Assembly: GCA_044892525.1 (NCBI GenBank)
Contig: CM097885.1
Coordinates: forward strand, 41,480,001-41,544,000
Direction of reading: 5' to 3'
DNA length: 64,000 nucleotides
DNA from: Schmidtea polychroa
Lineage: Eukaryota
The position numbers were made by a program, and so were the translations under genes. Positions 42,053 to 49,667 of this stretch are shown here, one piece after another. Each line of letters starts with the position of its first letter. Positions within the stretch are counted from its first letter, which is position 1. The notes under the pieces are model-generated. The model was given only the letters and a program-made list of their open reading frames with translations. It was not told where the DNA came from and did no database searches.

Positions 42053-42499
42053 TTAATTAATTAACATTTTAATTTCTGAGATAATGTTCTCTACATAGTG
42101 ATTATAATCTACAGTTTTTATTCCAAGTAATACAACCTTTTCGCTTGAAAATACATTAACACAAACTGGATTATACTTTTGAAGACGTAAGGCAGGAAAT
42201 ATTTCCGGTTCAAACATACATTTAGCTTTATGTTGTAATTCGTATAAATTTATAAATTTACCGATATCAGCAGTTACTGTAATGGACTGAATTTGTAAAT
42301 CTTGTATCTTATATTTCAAATCAACTAATTTAAGAGGTTGCTTGCATCCCATTATCCGACATCTACCCGACTTGAAAAATATAATTGGATACTTCCCAGT
42401 TCTATCCACAACTTGTTGGGGTTTACCTAATGGGAATTTCATGTTTTTGACTAAACACTTACCTTTATAATTAATGTTGCTCAATAATAATGAAGTCAT
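42053..42499 (-). CDS. TATA-binding protein (TBP)-like protein encoded by the Polinton
   Basis: Two TBP-type repeats: LSNIN...IIFFKSGRCRIMGCK, and IQSITVTADIGKFINLYEL...FEPEIFPALRL..NPVCVNVFSSEKVVLLGIK (cf. TBP IQNMVGSCDV..IRLEGL..YEPELFPGLIYR..PRIVLLIFVSGKVVLTGAK). Confidence 0.88.
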   Translation of the reverse strand: MTSLLLSNINYKGKCLVKNMKFPLGKPQQVVDRTGKYPIIFFKSGRCRIMGCKQPLKLVDLKYKIQDLQIQSITVTADIGKFINLYELQHKAKCMFEPEIFPALRLQKYNPVCVNVFSSEKVVLLGIKTVDYNHYVENIISEIKMLIN

Positions 42500-42573
42500 G
42501 TAATAAAATTTAAATAATTTTTATATACTTATAATAATAAATTTAAACAAATATAAACAATAATATTAATGAA

Positions 42574-43194
42574 ATGAGATTAATTAAGATGGAATTAAGA
42601 AATGATGCCGTTTATCAAATTGTAGGTCCCAGTGGTAGTGGAAAAACTTTATTTGTTTGTAAATTATTACAATCGAATATGTTCAAATCAAAATTTAATA
42701 AAATATACTGGCATAAGGGAGCTGATGACGAGCATGGTATGACACAAGATCAGTTTTGTAAATTAAAAATGAATATAATGAAGGGATTTGATAAAAATTG
42801 GTCATCTAGATTACATCAAGGTGATGCTATAATTATTAATGATTTATATCAGGAAGCAAATAAAGAGAAAGATTTTAATAATTTATTTACAAAAACCAGT
42901 AGACATATCGGAGTAACGGTTATTTTTATAACACAAAATTTATTTCATCAAGGCGGAAGTCATCGAACGCGTAATTTGAATGTACAATATTTAGTTATTT
43001 TCAAAAATCCTCGAGACGCAACTATAATTGATTTTCTCGCAAGACAGAGATATTTAATTGAATCCTTCCAAGATGCAACAAAGATAGCACATGGGTATTT
43101 ATTTTTCGATTTTACTCAACAATGTCCAGATGATTTACGTGTTAGAACAGATATTTTCAATGAAAAAGGTGTTACGATTTATAAACAAAAATGA
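42574..43194 (+). CDS. A32/FtsK-like packaging ATPase
   Basis: Walker A GPSGSGKT, Walker B IIINDL (degenerate), SRH..VIFITQNLF and YLVIFKNPRD. Possible short deletion after FLARQ. Confidence 0.93.
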   Translation: MRLIKMELRNDAVYQIVGPSGSGKTLFVCKLLQSNMFKSKFNKIYWHKGADDEHGMTQDQFCKLKMNIMKGFDKNWSSRLHQGDAIIINDLYQEANKEKDFNNLFTKTSRHIGVTVIFITQNLFHQGGSHRTRNLNVQYLVIFKNPRDATIIDFLARQRYLIESFQDATKIAHGYLFFDFTQQCPDDLRVRTDIFNEKGVTIYKQK

Positions 43195-43216
43195 AATACA
43201 TTATTATTATTTAAAA

Positions 43217-43354
43217 ATGTCATTTAAAAAAGTTATAGTTTAACGTGAAAAAGTTACAAAGCAGAAAGAAAACAAAAGAAATACTAAACGGAAAGAAAAA
43301 ACTATAAATAAGACTAAAAAATCAATGAAAAAGAAGAGTTGGATTAAATTATAA
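43217..43354 (+). pseudogene. Small Lys-rich Polinton ORF with an internal stop
   Basis: MSFKKVIV*REKVTKQKENKR...KKKSWIKL* fills the gap between the ATPase and the next gene. Confidence 0.45.
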
Positions 43355-43376
43355 ACAAATTAATTAATAAAATACA

Positions 43377-43703
43377 ATGAAATTACAACGTAGCTTACCA
43401 TATTTTAACGCCTTGCTAAAGGCTCCAAATAATAAAAGGTCGAGTATATTACAAGCTTTTCCATCATTTGTTATTGATGATTTACTCGAAGCTATTGTTA
43501 ACATAGTTCGTGGTAATGTAAATATTAGTAAAGCTAAAAGGTTTGTATTAAAAAGACATAAGAAATCTCTTTTATCATTAGTTAACACAAAATATCGAAA
43601 TCTAATGAGAAAAATAATGTATAAACAACAAGGCGGATTTTTAGGTACATTAATTCCAATTGTATTATCGGCTATAAGCACAATTTCGTCATTAAATTCT
43701 TAA
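43377..43703 (+). CDS. Conserved Polinton small basic virion-type protein
   Basis: EAIVNIVRGNVNI..LKRHKKSL..QQGGFLGTLIPIVL resembles a recurrent Polinton ORF with QxGG followed by a hydrophobic tail. Confidence 0.8.
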   Translation: MKLQRSLPYFNALLKAPNNKRSSILQAFPSFVIDDLLEAIVNIVRGNVNISKAKRFVLKRHKKSLLSLVNTKYRNLMRKIMYKQQGGFLGTLIPIVLSAISTISSLNS

Positions 43704-43717
43704 ACTATAATATCATA

Positions 43718-43921
43718 ATGGGTGCTAAGATTTCATTACCGGATAAACATAATTTAGATTTAAATATATTAACATCATGTTGTAATAATGAAGGAAACAT
43801 TTTCCAAAAAGGTCAAATCAAAGAAGAAAATATTAGAGAAAAAACTCAAAACGATTTGGACAAACCCGAAAGATCCAGATGGTTCTGGTGGTGTAGAAAA
43901 TCTTGCAAAAAGAGTAAATAA
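43718..43921 (+). CDS. Putative N-myristoylated microprotein overlapping the integrase
   Basis: MGAKIS fits MGxxxS; CC pair and a basic/aromatic/Cys C-terminus RWFWWCRKSCKKSK. Confidence 0.55.
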   Translation: MGAKISLPDKHNLDLNILTSCCNNEGNIFQKGQIKEENIREKTQNDLDKPERSRWFWWCRKSCKKSK

Positions 43922-44910
43922 ATCAAAGAAAGAAACTCAAAAATGGTTATCTAATCAATTAGCCTACAGTCTAAATAAACCAATGTTAAAAAGATTCCCC
44001 ATGAGATCTTATAAAACATTTGGTGTTAATGATTTATGGCAAATGGATTTAATGGAAATGATTCCATTTTCAAAAATTAATAAAGGATACAAATATATTT
44101 TGACATGTATTGATGTATTTAGTAGATACGCTCGTGCTATCCCAAAAAATCTAAATCAGCTAATGAAATGGCTGATGCATTAAAAACATTATTTGCTGAC
44201 GGACAGCCTCGTAATTTACAAACAGATTTGGGTAAAATTATAAATTAAATAGTTTTAATTAATTTTAAATTTAGGTAAAGAATTTTATAATAGCAAAGTT
44301 AAAGAAATTATCAAAGGAATAAATCATTACTCAGTATTTTCACAATATAAAGCAGCGCACGTGGAAAGATTCAATCGTACTTTAAGAGATCGTTTGAAAA
44401 AATATTTTGTATATCAAGGCAATAAAACGTAGATAAATGTATTGTCGAAAATAATTTACAGTTACAATTTTTCACCTCATAGAGGAATAAATGGAATGAG
44501 ACCAATCGATATTTATTCAACAAATAATATTGATACTTGGATATCACAACAAGATAAATCAAAAACAAAAAAGCCGAAATATAAAGTAGGAGACCATGTT
44601 AGAATAAGTAAAATCAGTGCTTCTCCATTCATCAAGAATTAGGATAACAATTGGAGTGATGAAGTTTTTAAAATATCGAAAATAGATCCTAATCAAAATC
44701 CGGTCATGTACTTTATTACAGATAATGAAAACGATCAAGTCAGTGGCAAATTCTACGAACCAGAACTACAAGTCATTCCATCACCCACAATCTTCAGAAT
44801 TCAAGAGATTTTAAAAACTAAATCAGACGGGAAATATAAACAATACTATGTAAAATGGCATGGTTATAAACATCCTAGCCTGGATATCTGAAAACCAATT
44901 GATTAAATAA
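43788..44910 (+). pseudogene. Polinton RVE integrase with C-terminal chromo-like domain, one intron, inactivated
   Basis: WQMDLMEM, IDVFSRY, QTDLG|KEF (43-nt intron 44232-44274), AAHVERFNRTL, GKFYEPELQ and YYVKWHGY. Frameshifts at ~44145 and ~44880; stops at ~44430 and 44640. Confidence 0.93.
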
Positions 44911-44915
44911 ATATT

Positions 44916-45947
44916 ATGAAGGAAAACCAGTTTTATATGATTTTACCTAGTAATAGTTGTCCTCTTATTTATCCTGATAATAATGCTAGTAATTTTAAAG
45001 TTGAATTTCAAAACCCAATTTATATGAATGGGAAGTGGGAAGTAGCTTTGATTGATTTTACATTTGTGTATAATCATTTTCCGTATTACAGTAATTCATG
45101 GGTACAATACGAATTTAAAAAATCATGCGAAGAAACTAAATACTTGAAAATTGATAATCAAAACAAAATCTTAGAAATTTTAAATTCTACATATAATCCA
45201 GATGTTGATGTGTTCTTGGAAAGATATGAAAACTTAGTGATAGTTTGTCCACATGTTCCATTTAAAATATCATTTCTTGACACCAAACATGCATCTAAGT
45301 TTGAATTAAAAACCATATCAATCATTAGCAAAACTGACCATTGTCGAATTAAATTACCTAAATTTACTGAAAATAATATCATTGAACAAATTGGGATAAC
45401 TATAAATTACGATATCAAGACAAAGTTCGAACATTATTTTGAAGATGAATTATTCTTAACTACTTTATCAGAGTTGCGAGGGTATTTAATGACAATTAAT
45501 CCATCTCCATTTAAAGAAATAAATCTTCAAAATCAAGAATTGGTAAAAATAACACTTGTAGATGATATTTCAAATATCACCTTTGATCAAAAATTAACAA
45601 AAGCTTTAGGATTAAAGAATCAAACTTATAATGAAAAAGACTTTGTTGGTGTGAAAATTCCAAAAATATTTAAAATTCATCAACAAATGTTTATTTATTC
45701 TAATATCATTGAACCAATAAATGTTGGTGATGTAAGAGTTCCTCTATTAAAATCGATATGGATTAAAAGATATGAACAGGGAGAGGTAGTACAGTTAGAA
45801 ATAAAGAACCCAGTGTACCTTCCAATTTCATCTTCATCTATAAACAACATTGAAATTAATATTCGCAACGATAGTGGAAATTTAGTTAAATTTTCAAAAG
45901 ACACCAAAACACATTTAACACTACATTTTCGTAAAATAAATGAATAA
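44916..45947 (+). CDS. Polinton minor capsid protein (penton, PX)
   Basis: N-terminal FYMILPSNS..YPDN..SNF..WEVAL and C-terminal FIYSNII..VGD..VPLL..YLPI..IEINIR..LTLHFR. Confidence 0.9.
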   Translation: MKENQFYMILPSNSCPLIYPDNNASNFKVEFQNPIYMNGKWEVALIDFTFVYNHFPYYSNSWVQYEFKKSCEETKYLKIDNQNKILEILNSTYNPDVDVFLERYENLVIVCPHVPFKISFLDTKHASKFELKTISIISKTDHCRIKLPKFTENNIIEQIGITINYDIKTKFEHYFEDELFLTTLSELRGYLMTINPSPFKEINLQNQELVKITLVDDISNITFDQKLTKALGLKNQTYNEKDFVGVKIPKIFKIHQQMFIYSNIIEPINVGDVRVPLLKSIWIKRYEQGEVVQLEIKNPVYLPISSSSINNIEINIRNDSGNLVKFSKDTKTHLTLHFRKINE

Positions 45948-46341
45948 TCCTGATATTGTAAACTTTTATAGTAATAGTCAATCTGGTGGAGATTTACCAT
46001 ATTTTGTTGGTAAACAATATGGAACAGGTTGGTTAAAAACAATAGGTCGATTTGCTTTACCAATTCTTAGACGCATAGGTAATTTTGGTATGAAAACTGC
46101 ACATGATGTAATAAATAACAATTCAAAAATTCTACCTGCTTTAAAATCAAATGTTTTATCTGAAATTAAACATTCACTACCAGATGTAATTCAACATTTG
46201 CCTACTGTAATTAATAAAGTATCTGATGTTTTTAATAAACAAGAGAATGAACAAAAAGGTGGAATGATTAAACGCAGAAAAACATTAAAGAAGCATATAA
46301 ACAAAAGAATGAAAGGCTTTGGAACTATATTCGAAAAATGA
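45940..46341 (+). CDS. Conserved Polinton core-type protein preceding MCP
   Basis: FYSNSQSGGDLPYFVGKQYGTGWLKTIGRFALPIL motif and a basic C-terminus; typical position between mCP and MCP. Confidence 0.8.
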   Translation: MNNPDIVNFYSNSQSGGDLPYFVGKQYGTGWLKTIGRFALPILRRIGNFGMKTAHDVINNNSKILPALKSNVLSEIKHSLPDVIQHLPTVINKVSDVFNKQENEQKGGMIKRRKTLKKHINKRMKGFGTIFEK

Positions 46342-47558
46342 TTAGTGCAAAATCTGAATTATTTATTTTTGATAGACCATCACCTCAAGCAGTAATTAAA
46401 CATGGTTCATTTGAAGATATTTATCCAACGAATTCAATTACTGATACTGGTACCTCTTCAATTCAATTTTACATTAACGGATCTCAAACCGAATATTTAG
46501 ATTTGAATGATACTTTACTTTATCTTCAGTTGAAAGTTGTAAATAATATAGGTGAAAATATTTTTAATGATTCTGTTGTAACTGCAAACAATTTCTTTTT
46601 CCAAACTCTTTTTAAAGAAGCTGAATTAATTTTTAATTCTATTAACTTTGAAGGAGGAAATGATACATTTGCTCATAAAGCATTAATCGAAACCATATTA
46701 AATTACAATCATGATACAAAACGTACATGTTTAGAAGGTGAAGATGAAGATGATAATATAAGAAAAGCGTGGATTGCAAAATCTAAACCATTTTCATTAT
46801 GTTCACCAATACAATTTGATTTTATGGATCAACCAAAATATTTATTACCTGGTGTTAGTGTCCAAATTAAATTGACGAGATCAAGTCCATCACATAGTTT
46901 AACATGTACAAAAGTAGAACCTAAAATTGAATTATTAGATGCAAAATTAATGGTAAGAAAAATTCGAGTTGAACCATCCGTTTTAGCTGGTCATCAAATT
47001 GGACTTGCTTCAAGAAATGCAATTTATCCTTTGAGAAGCAAGGAAGTTGTCGAATTTTCGTTACCTACTGGATCTTCTTCTTTTTATAAAGAACAAATCT
47101 TTGGTGATCGGCGATTACCAAATTTTATCCTTGTAACATTTCAAAGAAATAAAAGAAATAATGGATCACTAACAAATTCTTATTCAATGTACGACCACAA
47201 TAATGTAAAATCAATAACTTTATTGAAAGGAAGCGACTATCGTGAAAAATATAGTCAAGATTTTGAAAATGATAATTATAGTACAAGTTATATGCAGTCA
47301 ATAATTAGAAACATGGGTTACCTTAATAAGAATATTAATTGTGGAATTAGTATGTCTGACTTTAAAGAAAAGTATCCATTCTTTACATTTGTATTGGCTC
47401 CAGACTTTGATCTTAATCAAAGTCAATTGCCACAGCAATGAAATTTAAGACTTGATATTAAATTTGGAACACCTCTAACAGAATCAATTTCTGTAATAGT
47501 CTATGGCGTCTTTGAAAAAGAGATTCAAATTACATCCAATCGTACAGTACTAGTGTAA
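46338..47558 (+). pseudogene. Polinton major capsid protein (double jelly-roll, PY) with one premature stop
   Basis: KSELFIF, IQFYINGSQTEYLDLNDTLLYLQLKV and QPKYLLPGV. The TGA at 47439 is followed in frame by NLRLDIKFGTPL..VIVYGVFEKEIQITSNRTVLV*. Confidence 0.9.
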
Positions 47559-47620
47559 ATAAAGTTTGAAACTGATTGGCTTGAACTATAAACCAAATTA
47601 GGAAACAATAATTATTAAAA

Positions 47621-48006
47621 ATGAAGTAAGAATTTCATTTTTATTACTTTAATTTATTGATAATAGTTCTATTCAGATTGAATACATAGGTCGAAGATTG
47701 TTCGGAGCTGAATTTCTTGGAGTTTTTCCATTAGATAAAATACCATATATTGATGTAAACAAGGCTTTAATTGTAAATACTCAATCTTGTAATCTCAAGT
47801 GAGAGCATTGGCTCGCAGTTTATGTGAAACCGGAAAAAATATATGCATTTGATCCCATGGGGTTTTATTATCCTCCTCTATTAATATCAAAACTTCAATC
47901 ATTGTTAATGCCAATTGAATATAATAAAATTCGCTATCAAAGTCCATTGACAAAAACATGTGGGCAACATTGTTTAGCGTGGTTGAAGTCAATGAAAGAT
48001 CTTTGA
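47621..48006 (+). pseudogene. Adenain-like cysteine protease, one intron, premature stop
   Basis: Splicing 47626-47666 gives MNSIQIE..FLGVFPLDKIP..LIVNTQ..K*EHWLAVY..AFDPMG..Q..CGQHC (His/Asp/Gln/Cys residues). TGA at 47800. Confidence 0.9.
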
Positions 48007-48734
48007 ATATAAGAAAATTTAATCAAATAAATATTATCTTGTTAGTTTGTAATTTTTTATGTCATCCTACTAGTAAATATAATTTAATGGTATGTGATTA
48101 CGTGTTTGGTTTCTTGAATTTTATTGGTTACTATTTTATTGAATCATTGTTGTGTAATATGTAGTATATAAATGAAAACAATTCATTTAAAAGTCACTTT
48201 TATCAATACCCAAACTTTTGTAAGTTTTATGTAATTAATTAATTAATAATTCTCTTATAATGTTTTCTAGGTAATGAATTGCAACAACAACAACAATTAC
48301 AACAACTCAAATAACATGAACAACGTCAATAGCAAGATTTGCAACCACTCAAATAACATGAACAACAAAATCTTATACAGTAACAATGATAAAATGGTTC
48401 CAAATAATTCCAAGAAAATTAATGCAAACATGATAAAATGTAAGTATTATATATATTTTTCAGTATTTAAAGATATTTTCATTTTAATTAAATTAATATT
48501 AATTTAAATATTATATTTCATTTTAATTTATTTTACAAATTTGAATTTAATTTAATTTACTCAAAGTAAAAATTAAAACAATTTTGAATTTATTAGATAA
48601 TAATAATTTATGATTTTATTTAAATTTAATTATTTTATTTAATCAATTTAAATTTATCAATAAAAAAAAATTTTAAATGCAATATTTTTAATTAAATTAT
48701 AATGTATACCATAACATAAGAAACAAATAAAGAC

Positions 48735-49294
48735 TTATAATATATTAGTATCAATTATTTTCCATATAGGGCTGATTGTTTCTTTTCCTTCTTTAAAACC
48801 CTGAATTTGAATTTTTATCATAAAATGTGAATTTACATTTTCTTTTTTAATATTTTCTAAAGCATAATCTTTATCACAATTCATAAATGTAAAGTTTTCA
48901 TTGAATTGAATATTTTTATTGATAGCCAACAATAATTCTAAAATATTTTTTCTATCGATATCTCCAATTTTACCTACTTGTATATTATATAAACTCTGTT
49001 TCAAAGTTACAGGTTCCTAATAAAAAATTTAATTAATATTTGATTAAATGATATAAATATATTTACTTTAAATGAATAAGTTATTGGGTATTTTAAATAT
49101 TCCATAGAATATTGTAGGAACTGAACAGGAGATTTTCTAATAAGATTAACTGTCGATGTTGAATTTTCCTGTAGAATATACTTTATTATATCTGAATTTA
49201 CTTGTTTCTCCATCTTTTTCACTGAACTTTCTAGAATAATGATTAAGCAATACTAGATAATGATAATAAAATTACTTTTATATTGTTGCATCAT
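48735..49294 (-). CDS. Three-exon Polinton gene of unknown function (154 aa)
   Basis: Exons 49294-49276, 49230-49067 and 49016-48735, joined by 45-nt and 50-nt GT-AG introns, give an uninterrupted ORF MMQQYKKSSVKKMEKQ...YSFK|EPVTLKQSL...DTNIL*. Confidence 0.75.
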
Positions 49295-49667
49295 TAAATA
49301 TAATAATTTCATGCACTCAGTATATATATTAATTTTTAAAATCGAGTTGACCAATTAGATTCTTTTTAACAAATCATTTTAATTTTATTGGATGAAAGAT
49401 TTTATGTGTGTATAGTATTTTTGATTTTTTAAATATTTATTTCTAATAATCAATTTGTGATGTTCATATATTCATTTTCATATATTCATTTTTATTTATA
49501 ATGCAATCCTTTGATAATTTCTTTTGAAACTTAGGTATCTTATATCCAAAGTTTTGTAATTCTTTTATGATCAACATAAAGATCATTTAAATCGATTTAA
49601 TCTTTTAAAGAAAAAACAAATTTTTAAATTACCAATTAATTTTTCAATTAATAAAAGGAAATCTGAT

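Noticed and set aside
42500..42573. TATA-like boxes in the TBP/ATPase divergent gap as specific targets of the viral TBP
   Set aside because: The gap is almost entirely A/T, so such motifs are uninformative without TSS data.
47439..47802. In-frame TGA in MCP and protease as readthrough or an alternative genetic code
   Set aside because: Both sit where Gly (GGA) is expected. TAA/TAG stops and frameshifts also occur, and TGA ends other ORFs normally, so ordinary decay is simpler.
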